62,986 nucleotides of DNA. Source: an uncultured Paenibacillus sp. Lineage in GTDB: Bacteria > Bacillota > Bacilli > Paenibacillales > Paenibacillaceae. A model generated the notes under the pieces. The model was given only the letters and a program-made list of their open reading frames with translations, did not search any database and was not told the origin of the DNA. Positions 20,662 to 30,061 of the stretch are shown here, in pieces (the first letter of the stretch is position 1; the number at the start of each line of letters is the position of its first letter). The translations under genes and the position numbers were made by a program. The DNA lies in NCBI GenBank assembly GCA_927443375.1, contig CAKMKL010000050.1, positions 1 through 62,986 of the forward strand. The letters are read 5' to 3'.

Positions 20662-21074
20662 GCTTCCTTCCCCTTCTCTCTAATCCCTCTGGCCCGGAGG
20701 GGACGCCTGCTGCTGCGGCTTGCGCTCAAGCCGGCGATCCATTCGCTGGAATGAGCAGTCACTACCATGGTAAGCACGCTGCTTACCACGAGAATGGCAA
20801 TGAGCAGCAGCCCTTTGCCGCTGAAGATGTCCAGATGATTCATAATTCCCGCGGTTGCGGGTATGAAAAACATAGGAAGATAGGCAAGAATAAAGGAAGA
20901 ACCATTCTCAATCAGCCTTACTGGTACAATTTGGAGCAGCAGCAGTACAAAAAGCAGCAGAAGCCCGACGATACTGCCGGGAACCGGAAGATGAAGCAAC
21001 TTTTGCAGATAGTCCCCTATTAAATAGAAAACGTACAATAGTCCGACTTCAGCAATGACACGAATGATTTTCAT
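20658..21074 (-). CDS. CidA/LrgA holin-like protein
   Basis: LPVPGSIVGL and MFFIPATAG motifs; 4-bp overlap with the LrgB gene. Confidence 0.92.
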   Translation of the reverse strand: MKIIRVIAEVGLLYVFYLIGDYLQKLLHLPVPGSIVGLLLLFVLLLLQIVPVRLIENGSSFILAYLPMFFIPATAGIMNHLDIFSGKGLLLIAILVVSSVLTMVVTAHSSEWIAGLSASRSSRRPLRARGIREKGKEA

Positions 21075-21310
21075 GTTGCAGGAATCCCTTCAATCTTGAA
21101 ATGAAAAACGTCATCTTAAATGCTCACCTTCTTAGCCTAGCGACCTTTCAGTAAATTTTCAATCGTTTTTCGCACCTTCTCAATATTTCCACAAAAAAGA
21201 AACCTCTTTGTAAGCGGCAGTTTACAAAACAAAACAGCTTTCCTCAGAAAGCTGCGGGCCGATAGAAGCAGATGTTGGGGTGTAGGCACTCGGCTGCACC
21301 CTCTTTTTGT

Positions 21311-21688
21311 TCAGTCACCATCGTCAAAAAATTCCTCGGACTTCTGCCGGTGTTCATCGGTGACCTGTCCGGCAATAGCCCGCACAGCTGCGGCAATGAT
21401 TGCCGCATCATCCGTAAGGCCAAGCCTGAGTAAGGCATCTGGAATGGTGTCGAGCGGTGAGATGAAATACGCCAGTGCCCCGAAGGCAATGCCCTTGGCC
21501 CAGAGCGGGGTTTTGGCATCCAGGGCACAGTAATACATCGCTACGGCATCCTTGGTAAACGGGATTTTACCGGCAAATTTTTTGGTTTTCCGCCAGAAGT
21601 TTTTTTTCACCAGCTGTTCATTCGCTTGGCTGTATTTAAATTCTCCGGCCGAAAGGTCTGCCCGAATTTTAGCTTTGTCCAGTTCCAT
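21311..21688 (-). CDS. YkvA family protein (DUF1232)
   Basis: ALAYFISPLDTIPD...LGLTDD motif; AGGAGG RBS. Confidence 0.88.
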   Translation of the reverse strand: MELDKAKIRADLSAGEFKYSQANEQLVKKNFWRKTKKFAGKIPFTKDAVAMYYCALDAKTPLWAKGIAFGALAYFISPLDTIPDALLRLGLTDDAAIIAAAVRAIAGQVTDEHRQKSEEFFDDGD

Positions 21689-21759
21689 TATTCATCCCTC
21701 CTACTAGCATTTACCCCATTCTGCTATTCTTGTCTCTGAACTTTTACGTTGCAAGTAGT

Positions 21760-21773
21760 TGAAAGCGTTATTA
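21760..21773 (+). promoter_or_regulatory. cre-like / LacI-family operator
   Basis: TGAAAGCGTTATTA resembles TGWAARCGYTWNCA; upstream of a sugar gene. Confidence 0.5.
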
Positions 21774-21812
21774 TTATAAATGGTAATACGAAATTATCGC
21801 ATTTAAAAGGAG

Positions 21813-22652
21813 ATGTTTCTCATTCGCTTCGGAACTTTGGCGCATACCGCCGGTTGTCTGCCCCTGCATACTCTGACTTCGACCCTTCAGGCCCATGATA
21901 TTGATTTCGTACAGCTAGCCTTGACCAAGGCCATCCAGGATATTGATACTTCCCCGGGCAAGCTGAGTCCAGGACTGGCTAATTATATCGGCGAGCAGTT
22001 CGACAAAGCTGGCATCCGTATCGGCGTGCTGGGCTGCTACATTGATCCCATCCACCCCGATCCCGCTATACGCAGGGCCGAGATTAACCGTTTCAAGGAG
22101 CAGCTGCGTTATGCCAAGCAGTTCGGGGCCCCTATGGTAGCCACCGAAAGCGGAGGCTTGAACACTTATCAGGCATCTGCACCAGAGCGATATGAAGAAA
22201 TCGGCTGGCAGACCTTCAAGGCTACACTGGAAGAATTAGCCGAAGAAGCAGAAAAATGGGGCGTTTTTGCAGGGATAGAAGGCGTCAGCACTCACACTTT
22301 AGCCACACCGGCTCATATGCGGCGCATTCTGGACGAAGTGCCGTCCAGCTCCATCGGAGTCGTGTTCGACCCCTGCAATCTGATCGGAGAAGATCTGCAC
22401 AGGCAGGATGAAATTGTCGACAGCGCCTTCAACCTGTTCGGAGACCGGATTATTCTGGCCCATTTGAAGGATATTTACGACGAAGGTGGTAAAATCCGTC
22501 ACGGCGTACCGGGCCGGGGTCTGTTCCATACTGCTGATTTTTTGAGCAAGCTTCAGGCTCATAAGCCGATGATTGATGTCTCGCTGGAGGAAATCACACT
22601 GCCGGTGTTCAATGAGACTGCCGCCCTATTACACAGCCTGCGCAGCAGCTAA
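21813..22652 (+). CDS. Sugar phosphate isomerase/epimerase (xylose-isomerase-like TIM barrel)
   Basis: LGCYIDPIHPD, FDPCNL and AHLKD motifs; start ambiguous (ATG 21813 vs ATT 21822). Confidence 0.85.
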   Translation: MFLIRFGTLAHTAGCLPLHTLTSTLQAHDIDFVQLALTKAIQDIDTSPGKLSPGLANYIGEQFDKAGIRIGVLGCYIDPIHPDPAIRRAEINRFKEQLRYAKQFGAPMVATESGGLNTYQASAPERYEEIGWQTFKATLEELAEEAEKWGVFAGIEGVSTHTLATPAHMRRILDEVPSSSIGVVFDPCNLIGEDLHRQDEIVDSAFNLFGDRIILAHLKDIYDEGGKIRHGVPGRGLFHTADFLSKLQAHKPMIDVSLEEITLPVFNETAALLHSLRSS

Positions 22653-22864
22653 ATAGGCCGTGACGTACTAGTTATAATACTCCCCTTCAACAGACTGGCT
22701 GGTGTGGTAAGCGAAATCTACTGCCGCACCTGCCAGTAACTTCTGGATGCCTTGAAATAGACGCATGACCTTCCCCCGGTACTTTTCCCTATCCGCTGAA
22801 TAAAATGGTATACAAAAGCATTAATGCCAATCCAGCGCTTATTATAGAAGGGAAGCGATCAGCG

Positions 22865-23974
22865 ATGAGGTTCACATTCCCCATTCTCACCTTATGCCAT
22901 GGCGGGGCGCAACGGATGCTGGTGGAGCTTACCAATGGTCTTACCGCTCTGGGTCACCAGGTAGTCATTGTCATGCCGTCGGGGGGAGACATTTCTTACG
23001 AGGTTCACTCCACCGTTCACCGCACCGATCACACGGTGCTTCGTGAATCCGATTTTCCGGCTAGCGATATCATCGTTTCCAATTTCTACACCACTGTGCC
23101 TGTGTCAGAAGCGGCAAGTCTTAATGGCAAAGGCATGCATGTCCGCCTCTCTCTATGTTATGAACCGCTGTTCCTCCCGGAAAATAGTGTATCTTTCCCG
23201 TCCTACAATACTACTCCCAGACTGATTGTGTTATCCGAATGGCAGCGGGAGATCATTGCCCTCAACCATGGAATTACGGGCAGCATTGTCCCTGTAGGCA
23301 TCAGCTCCAGCTTCAGCAACAGGCATATCCGGCACAGGCTGCAGGAACCGATGAACATAACCGCCATCCTCCGAAAAGTCGAGAACGGTTTCTCCTGGCA
23401 CCGCGAACAGGATTACCTGGTCCGGCAGCTGGACATTGTTAAACAGAATCTTCCGCATGTGAATATCAATTTTATCAGTCCGCCTGATGAGTTCTACAGC
23501 TCGGATTCTTTGCAAAACCTGAAAGCAAGCGGCAAATACCGCTTCTTCACCCCACAGAATGACGAAGAACTCTGCTATCATTATAACGGAGCCGATATCT
23601 TTGTGAGCTCCAGTATTTTTGACAGCGGCTCATTGCCCGGACTGGAAGCTATGCGCTGCGGAGCCGCACTTGTCACTGTCTACTCCGGAGGCAATATGGA
23701 GTATGTGAGACATGAAGAAAACTGCCTGCTCTCCTACCGGTATGAGAACCGCCTGGCTGAAGATATCATCCGGCTGGCACAGGACCATGTGCTGCGTATC
23801 CAGCTGGCTTCAAAGGGAGAGGCTGATTCAAACAGCTGGACCTGGGAGAATAGTGTCCGGATTATGGAACGAACGGTTATCCATTTTTTGCAGGGTATCC
23901 CCTTAATTGACCCGCCCAGATCTGCGCAGGCCATGCTCCGCCGGTCTCACAGCTTGCGGGCCACCCGAAAGTAA
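22865..23974 (+). CDS. Glycosyltransferase family 4
   Basis: GGAQRMLVEL...GHQV and DIFV...[10 protein letters not shown] motifs; likely start 22865. Confidence 0.88.
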   Translation: MRFTFPILTLCHGGAQRMLVELTNGLTALGHQVVIVMPSGGDISYEVHSTVHRTDHTVLRESDFPASDIIVSNFYTTVPVSEAASLNGKGMHVRLSLCYEPLFLPENSVSFPSYNTTPRLIVLSEWQREIIALNHGITGSIVPVGISSSFSNRHIRHRLQEPMNITAILRKVENGFSWHREQDYLVRQLDIVKQNLPHVNINFISPPDEFYSSDSLQNLKASGKYRFFTPQNDEELCYHYNGADIFVSSSIFDSGSLPGLEAMRCGAALVTVYSGGNMEYVRHEENCLLSYRYENRLAEDIIRLAQDHVLRIQLASKGEADSNSWTWENSVRIMERTVIHFLQGIPLIDPPRSAQAMLRRSHSLRATRK

Positions 23975-23988
23975 CCGTCACTATAGTT

Positions 23989-24037
23989 ATGAAGCAGCAG
24001 CAAATCCCCGTTAACCGGTGATTTGCTGCTGCTTCAT
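23989..24037. terminator. Long hairpin between convergent genes (probable bidirectional terminator)
   Basis: ATGAAGCAGCAGCAAATC...GATTTGCTGCTGCTTCAT. Confidence 0.7.
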
Positions 24038-24065
24038 GTTGGCGGATGTATTCCGGCCTCCTTCT

Positions 24066-25298
24066 TCAATTCCCGAAAATAATGTCCTGCTTGCCTAAAC
24101 GGGTGTCGTTCCAGACCGCTCCAAGTGTATTCGGGAAAATCGTTGCAGCCGTAATATAGTCACCGATTAGCGGAACAGGGGTCGGCGAAGTACCGTTGGG
24201 ATTCGTGGACACATCCGACACTCTCCGGTTGATGAAGGACAAGCCGCTGTTGATCGATTCTGCAACAAATACATCCAGCAGGAAACCGTCAATCCGGTTT
24301 GTATAATAAATGACTCTAATCGTCCCGTTCGAAGGCGAAACCGTGATCGACGGCGAAAAATTCTGCGAGCCTGCAGGCGCTCCCGTGATATTAACCGGCT
24401 GAGACCAGAGCAGACCATCAGGTGACCGCGAAAAGAAGATATCGGCATAGCCAAGCCGGAAATCATTCCAGACTGCGTATACAAATCCGCCAAACGGTCC
24501 CGCGGAAATATCAGCACCCAAGCTGAGGTTCGTCTGGACGCGAAAAGCATAGTTCGGCACAGGCAGGGGACTTGGCACAGGAACGGTATTCGCAATTAAG
24601 GTAGCTCCGCGTGAAACCGGAGGACTGAAGGTAACGCCTCCATCCTGGGATACCCGGATCAGGGCATACTTCGGTGCCGGCCCAAGTTGAATATAACCGA
24701 CATACACTTCTCCCGCGAGTCCCACAACCAGCGCCGCACGTTCAAGATCTCCCCGCGGATCGGAGATCCGCTGCGGCCGTTCCCAGGTTAACCCCTGATC
24801 CAAGGAACGCTGGAAGAAGATCGCTGCATTCTGTGCAAGATCATACAGAGGGGTATAGCCAATATAGGCATTTCCGCGGAACGGGCTGGACGGCGAACGG
24901 TCCACAGCCAGGAATGGTTCATCATTGTGAATATACAGACCAAAACCCTGCTGTACGATAACGGGCGGATTAAAGGTGGCCCCATTATCAAATGAGGTAT
25001 AGGTAGCAATCGTACCATCATCAAACTCGTTGAAAAAATGAACCGCAACGATAAAGGTGTCGGGAAATGTATAGTCAATAGTCGGCGCTTCTGCACTCAT
25101 ATAGCCGGGAGCCTGCGGGAGAATCGTCGTCGACCAGGTCTGCCCTCCGTCGGTTGATCTGTAGAATCCGGTCAGAGCCGTCCCCGTACTGTCATCCACC
25201 GCGACCACACACAGAAAATTCGGGGAAAGCGTATTTACTGCAATTGAAGGCTCGATATGATTGCCCGGCAGTGCGGCAGTAATATTGACATTTGCCAA
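24066..25298 (-). CDS. Asp-box (BNR) beta-propeller, sialidase-like; no signal peptide
   Basis: STDGGQTW, SFDNGATF, SLDQGLTW, SQDGGVTF, SPDGLLW and SINSGLSF boxes; TTG start with GGGGAG RBS. Confidence 0.85.
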   Translation of the reverse strand: MANVNITAALPGNHIEPSIAVNTLSPNFLCVVAVDDSTGTALTGFYRSTDGGQTWSTTILPQAPGYMSAEAPTIDYTFPDTFIVAVHFFNEFDDGTIATYTSFDNGATFNPPVIVQQGFGLYIHNDEPFLAVDRSPSSPFRGNAYIGYTPLYDLAQNAAIFFQRSLDQGLTWERPQRISDPRGDLERAALVVGLAGEVYVGYIQLGPAPKYALIRVSQDGGVTFSPPVSRGATLIANTVPVPSPLPVPNYAFRVQTNLSLGADISAGPFGGFVYAVWNDFRLGYADIFFSRSPDGLLWSQPVNITGAPAGSQNFSPSITVSPSNGTIRVIYYTNRIDGFLLDVFVAESINSGLSFINRRVSDVSTNPNGTSPTPVPLIGDYITAATIFPNTLGAVWNDTRLGKQDIIFGN

Positions 25299-25316
25299 AT
25301 CCGTATCACTCCCCGT

Positions 25317-25697
25317 TCAAGTGGAAATTATAGATAACCGATCGATGTATGTAAGTTCAGACTGCAGTATCCTCTCCAGTAAATTACCTGCCGCGTCCAA
25401 TGCAAATACGTTGATGATGGTATTAACAGCACTGTAGAAATTGATCTGAACTTCATAATAATCTGCAATATTTACCGAAAAGGTCTGGACAACAAGCTGC
25501 TGTGGATCAACCTGGAATAATGCCTCGCCTACCGGAAACCGGGTTAGCGAATTCCCTCGGAAATGAAAAACCTGCAAATTAATATTAATTGGCTCTAGAA
25601 TCGAATCATTCAGGCAAGCGACGCGGATCCGGTCAATATGATTCAGTCCGGCCGGCGGATTGTATACCGATCCGGTTGAAAAAGGCATACTGTTCAA
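25317..25697 (-). CDS. Small beta-rich hypothetical protein
   Basis: 126 aa; TTG start with AAGGGAG RBS; 18 nt upstream of the propeller gene. Confidence 0.75.
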   Translation of the reverse strand: MNSMPFSTGSVYNPPAGLNHIDRIRVACLNDSILEPININLQVFHFRGNSLTRFPVGEALFQVDPQQLVVQTFSVNIADYYEVQINFYSAVNTIINVFALDAAGNLLERILQSELTYIDRLSIIST

Positions 25698-25804
25698 GCT
25701 CCCTTCTCTCTCAACTCCTTTATTTCTATATGTTATGTTGTTTGTTTTTGTCCAATGATGAAAAAAACTGCCGGAGGTGAACCTTTTCCGGCAGCAGACT
25801 CAAG

Positions 25805-26206
25805 TTACAGGATGGACACACCCGAGAATATAAGCGGGCCGACAATAACCGGCTGATTCATCGCACCGATTGCAGACGCAGTCAATGCGTATCCGTAATA
25901 ACCTGCAGCAATTCCACTATCCGCAAAGGAGAAATGGACGGTTTCAAAATCACCGGCATCCCGTCCGCTGGAGCGCAGGCTAAAGACCTCCACCGCATTC
26001 CGGACGACCGTAAAGATAACGTCGGATGAATTTGCCACGCTGTTCTGCAGGCCAATCGTGCCTTCAAGCAATACTGCACCGTTCGCGCCCACATTTAAAC
26101 CGAACTGTCCCAGAATGGTGCTGTTGGGGAGACTCAGTACAGGAAGCGTAGCGGACTGGCTGAAGCTGGACGGGATACTTTTACCGAAATCTATAAGTTG
26201 TCTCAT
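25805..26206 (-). CDS. ExsC-like (exosporium protein C-like) protein, paralog 2
   Basis: IDFGKS...QFGL...GTIG...Y.LT...VGPLIFSG; aligns by eye with its neighbour. Confidence 0.65.
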   Translation of the reverse strand: MRQLIDFGKSIPSSFSQSATLPVLSLPNSTILGQFGLNVGANGAVLLEGTIGLQNSVANSSDVIFTVVRNAVEVFSLRSSGRDAGDFETVHFSFADSGIAAGYYGYALTASAIGAMNQPVIVGPLIFSGVSIL

Positions 26207-26210
26207 CGCG

Positions 26211-26615
26211 TCACACCAACGATAGCCCTGAAAAATCAACAGGACCCACCAGATTTGCGCTATTCAGCGCAGCGGAGTTTACAATTGAAACGGTCAAGGT
26301 ATACGCAAAATACCCGGCAGGCACATTGCTGTCGACGTAAGAGAAACTTATCGGATCATACAATCCGGCGTCCAGCCCACTGGCAAGTGTCGTAAAAATT
26401 GACGTACTTCCACGCGTAATCGTGAACAGCAGGTCCGGATTTCCGAGCGTGGTCTGGACGCCGACGGTTGCATTGAGCAGTACATTGCCTCCCTGTGCTG
26501 TTGCCAGTCCGAATTGGGTCAACGTATTGCTGGAAGGAGCCCCAAGGATCGGGATGGAAATCGATTGACTGAAGCTGGATATTGCGCTTTTGCTGAAATC
26601 AACAACCTGGGTCAT
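26211..26615 (-). CDS. ExsC-like protein, paralog 1
   Basis: VDFSKS...QFGL...ATVGV...AYTLTV...VGPVDFSG; layout resembles B. cereus ExsC; AAGGAGG RBS. Confidence 0.65.
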   Translation of the reverse strand: MTQVVDFSKSAISSFSQSISIPILGAPSSNTLTQFGLATAQGGNVLLNATVGVQTTLGNPDLLFTITRGSTSIFTTLASGLDAGLYDPISFSYVDSNVPAGYFAYTLTVSIVNSAALNSANLVGPVDFSGLSLV

Positions 26616-26788
26616 AACTGATGCCTCCTTATGGAAGATTCTATACTGTATAGAATATGAGCATGGTTATGCCAGTGACTGGACCGTAAGAACCTATAAA
26701 AACCATGACATCTATACATTGGCACCATACCCTGTATGGAGTACACTTGTTTTATGTACACTAGGGATACCGGAGGTGTTTCGCAAAG

Positions 26789-27562
26789 ATGAATAAGAAC
26801 TTGGATAATGAATTGAATTATAGTGCCAGTGCACAGTTCAAATATATGGTCAGCGGGGACTCGATTTCGAAAGGGGTCATCTATGACGAAGCCAGAAGCA
26901 AATATGTCATTCTTGAAGACAACTATGTTTCGCTGCTTCAGGGCAAACTGAAGGGGGCAATGCGCAATACCGCCAGATTCGGCAATACACTGATGAAGGG
27001 CTTCACCAATCTGAAGCGGGATGTACTCAAGGAGAAGCCGAATGTTGTGCTGATCGAATACGGAGGAAATGACTGCGACTTCTACTGGGAGGAAATCGTG
27101 AACAATCCTGAGGCAGAGCATAATCCCAAGACCGATTTCTCCGCTTTTGAAGGAATGCTCATCGATATGATCGACTTCCTGAAAAATCAGGGAGTGATGC
27201 CGATTCTTATGAGCCTCCCTCCACTTAATGCAGACAGTTATTTCAAATGGGTCAGCGGAAATAAACCGGAATCGGAAGTCAGTATCCTCAAATTTCTGGG
27301 CAGCGTGACCAAAATCTACTGGTGGCAGGAAAGATACAACTCCACAATCATCAAAGTTGCCGAGACCACAAAAACCAAAATCATTGATGTCCGGGGAGCT
27401 TTTCTTCAGCAGCCGGACTTCACCAAATTCATCTGCCTGGACGGAATTCATCCGAATAAAGAAGGGCACCGGATTATTTATGACAAGGTACTTGATTTCA
27501 TCCGCAACAGCGAACCCCAGCTGCTTCTGGACAGCACAGGACACGCTGCCGCCGGCCATTAA
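26789..27562 (+). CDS. SGNH/GDSL hydrolase
   Basis: GDSI, GGND and DGIHPN blocks; GGAGGTG RBS. Confidence 0.9.
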   Translation: MNKNLDNELNYSASAQFKYMVSGDSISKGVIYDEARSKYVILEDNYVSLLQGKLKGAMRNTARFGNTLMKGFTNLKRDVLKEKPNVVLIEYGGNDCDFYWEEIVNNPEAEHNPKTDFSAFEGMLIDMIDFLKNQGVMPILMSLPPLNADSYFKWVSGNKPESEVSILKFLGSVTKIYWWQERYNSTIIKVAETTKTKIIDVRGAFLQQPDFTKFICLDGIHPNKEGHRIIYDKVLDFIRNSEPQLLLDSTGHAAAGH

Positions 27563-27647
27563 GCCCAAAAATAAATCCTTGGATGCACATAGTGTGTCCA
27601 AGGATTTTTGCTGTGTGTCCATTATGGCCAGGAGCTCAAATCGTATA

Positions 27648-27863
27648 TCAATTAATTAGCCTTCTCATGCTGGCCCAGCCGGTCATAGCATAACGCGTGC
27701 TTAAGATTGGGCAGCCGGGTGGAGTATGACTCATTCCGCACACCCATTGAAGGATCCGCAGATTGCGGTCAGTGAACGCTTTGTCTTTTTCATGGGAGAT
27801 ACAGCGGGGCAGGCTGCTCTCTTCGTTGCGGACAATCATGCAAAGGCTGATTTCTATCATCAT
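27648..27863 (-). pseudogene. Remnant of a GT2 + TPR glycosyltransferase
   Basis: ISLCMIVRNEE..LPRC start, H.K....DRNLRI middle and, in another frame, STRLPNL..ALCYDRLGQHEKA end. Confidence 0.8.
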
Positions 27864-28107
27864 ATCCTCCTGACCGGTTCATCACGATCAACCGCTTTAT
27901 GCTCCTATATGGATATGCAAGGCTGGCTGATAGAAACCTGTACTTACCTATACCGTTCCTCCAATCCGCTTTTTGACGACTCCTGCAGTGATATTTGTTA
28001 TAATATCGGAGAACAAGTATTTAACGGCGTAGCCGTCCTATCAGGGCGGTATCCGTTTTCTGCGAGAAAGAGCAGGATAATTTATATATAAAAAGGGGAC
28101 GTTCGCT

Positions 28108-28920
28108 TTGTCAAAAATCATTAAAACCCTAACTATAGCCGGAAGTGACTCCAGTGGAGGCGCAGGGATCCAGGCTGACTTAAAAACGTTTGAGGAATAC
28201 GGCACGTATGGTTTCAGCGCATTAACCACTATCGTTACGATGGACCCGGATAACGGCTGGCACCATAACGTCTACCCGATTGAGGCTGCTATTGTTGCTG
28301 AACAGCTTAAGACTATTTTTGCCGGCGGCCCTGTCGATGCAATGAAGACTGGTATGCTGGGCAGTGTGGATATCGTGCTTGTGGCAGAAAAAGCAATTAA
28401 AGACAATCAGCAGACCAACGTAGTTATTGACCCTGTTATGGTCTGCAAAGGTGAAGATGAGGTATTAAACCCTGAGAGTGCAAATGCGGTCCGCGATTTG
28501 CTGCTGCCGCTCGCTACGGTAGCTACTCCTAATCTATTCGAAGCCGGTGTCCTCTCCGGACTGGGCAAGCTGACTACCCTGGAAGAAATGAAAGAGGCTG
28601 CCCGGCTGATCCATGAACTGGGAACTCAAAATGTGGTTGTCAAAGGAGGCAAGGCGTTGGGCGGCGAACTGGCCATTGATGTCTTCTTCGACGGTTCAGA
28701 CTATACGGTGCTGGAAACCGCTAAAATAGAGCCGGCCTATAACCATGGCGCAGGCTGCACCTTCGCCGCCGCGATCACAGGCGGACTGGCGAACGGCTTG
28801 TCGGTACATGAAGCAGTGGCCAAAGCGAAGGATTTCGTCTCGGCAGCGATCCGCAGCGGGTATGCCTTCAACCAGTATGTCGGGCCTGTATTCCACGGCG
28901 GCTACCGTCTGGAGAAATAA
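28108..28920 (+). CDS. pdxK: Pyridoxal kinase, ThiD-like PdxK
   Basis: IAGSDSSGGAGIQADLK, MDP.NGW.H.VYPI, DPVMVCKG and HGAGCT motifs. Confidence 0.88.
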   Translation: MSKIIKTLTIAGSDSSGGAGIQADLKTFEEYGTYGFSALTTIVTMDPDNGWHHNVYPIEAAIVAEQLKTIFAGGPVDAMKTGMLGSVDIVLVAEKAIKDNQQTNVVIDPVMVCKGEDEVLNPESANAVRDLLLPLATVATPNLFEAGVLSGLGKLTTLEEMKEAARLIHELGTQNVVVKGGKALGGELAIDVFFDGSDYTVLETAKIEPAYNHGAGCTFAAAITGGLANGLSVHEAVAKAKDFVSAAIRSGYAFNQYVGPVFHGGYRLEK

Positions 28921-28957
28921 GACAAGCCTATTTACAGGGTAATATCCTGCATGTAGA

Positions 28958-29004
28958 TAACAAACAAACCGTGTACCCTTATTAGGGACACGGTTTGTTT
29001 GTTA
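28958..29004. terminator. Bidirectional terminator
   Basis: TAACAAACAAACCGTGT...ACACGGTTTGTTTGTTA. Confidence 0.8.
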
Positions 29005-29024
29005 CATATCCACTCTTTTCACAC

Positions 29025-29933
29025 TTACTTTGTAGCAGTTTCTCCGGCGATATGTTCAATTAAGGCGATAGCCTTGTCCTTCACTTCGTCGTCGGCGAGC
29101 ACACCGATGATCATATCCTCTTCACCATGATTAACCGGCAGCGCAGCAACAAACGGTGAGTCCGTAATATCGACGCCGTACAGCTCCTCCTGTCCGCTCT
29201 CCGGATTCTTTCCCCACTTCAGTCGCGGATCGTCTTTGGCGATCTTTCCGCTATCAACAATACTCTTAATATCCTGGATGCCATCCTGTCCGCCGATCCA
29301 TTCCAGAGTAGCCTCATCGAGGATCAGAATATCCGGATGATTAGCAGCCAGCTCCACCACGGCTTTCTGCATAAAGTTCATATCGAACGAATCTGCACCT
29401 TCGCCGGTTCTTGGAAGATAGGAAATGCTCGCATCTACCCGCTTCCACTCCGGATACAGCTTAATAATCGCTTCATTCAGATCATCGTTTTTTCCGCTTG
29501 GATCCTTGAGCCCAAAATTACCGATAAACATGATCGACGCATCGAGCGGCGGTAACGAAGCCAAATACTTTTTATGCTGCCAGTTGTTATACAAGGCATT
29601 GCCCGCCACCGCAAGCACGATCAGCACGATAACCGAGACAATCATATGGGTTTTATACAGGCGCATGAAACGTTCCCACTTACTCGCTGCACCTGAGAGC
29701 TTACCGTATTTCGCCAGACGCTGCTGTTCCGCTTCACTAATTTCCTGCTCATCCAAACTGTCCAGAATGAACTTAAAGGCCTGAAAATCCTCCTCCGGCG
29801 CAGATCTTTCCTCATCCGAGGATTTGGAGCGCCGCCGTTTCAGCAGGAGGTCAAACCGTTTATTTATCTCTTCCCTGGATACGTTTTCAGATAATCCTAA
29901 CCGTTCATATGCCTGCTTCAGCTTCTCATTCAC
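29025..29933 (-). CDS. Membrane-anchored protein with J-domain-like N-terminus
   Basis: AYERLGL...SREEINKRF start; one TM helix; AAAGGAG RBS with GTG start. Confidence 0.7.
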   Translation of the reverse strand: MNEKLKQAYERLGLSENVSREEINKRFDLLLKRRRSKSSDEERSAPEEDFQAFKFILDSLDEQEISEAEQQRLAKYGKLSGAASKWERFMRLYKTHMIVSVIVLIVLAVAGNALYNNWQHKKYLASLPPLDASIMFIGNFGLKDPSGKNDDLNEAIIKLYPEWKRVDASISYLPRTGEGADSFDMNFMQKAVVELAANHPDILILDEATLEWIGGQDGIQDIKSIVDSGKIAKDDPRLKWGKNPESGQEELYGVDITDSPFVAALPVNHGEEDMIIGVLADDEVKDKAIALIEHIAGETATK

Positions 29934-30061
29934 ATTAATTTCTCCTTTGGTATGTATGATGCCAACTTCTTACGAACTACTACTATTCTAACAGACATCC
30001 ACTCCAATTCTCCAGTCGGACAACGGCCTGGGAAACTATCCTTTACGTAAAGGCAGCTGCA

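Noticed and set aside
19972-21074. Prophage lysis cassette
   Set aside because: CidA/LrgB is a common chromosomal pair, and there are no phage genes nearby.
22694-22737. Long hairpin without a U tail as an ncRNA
   Set aside because: It lies just after a gene end and is most simply a terminator or stabilising stem; no other support.
26612-27622. 336-aa minus-strand ORF
   Set aside because: Antisense shadow of the SGNH gene; no motifs or RBS.
28011-28022. Second SOS box (GAACAAGTATTT) at pdxK
   Set aside because: The right half-site has two mismatches to GTTC.
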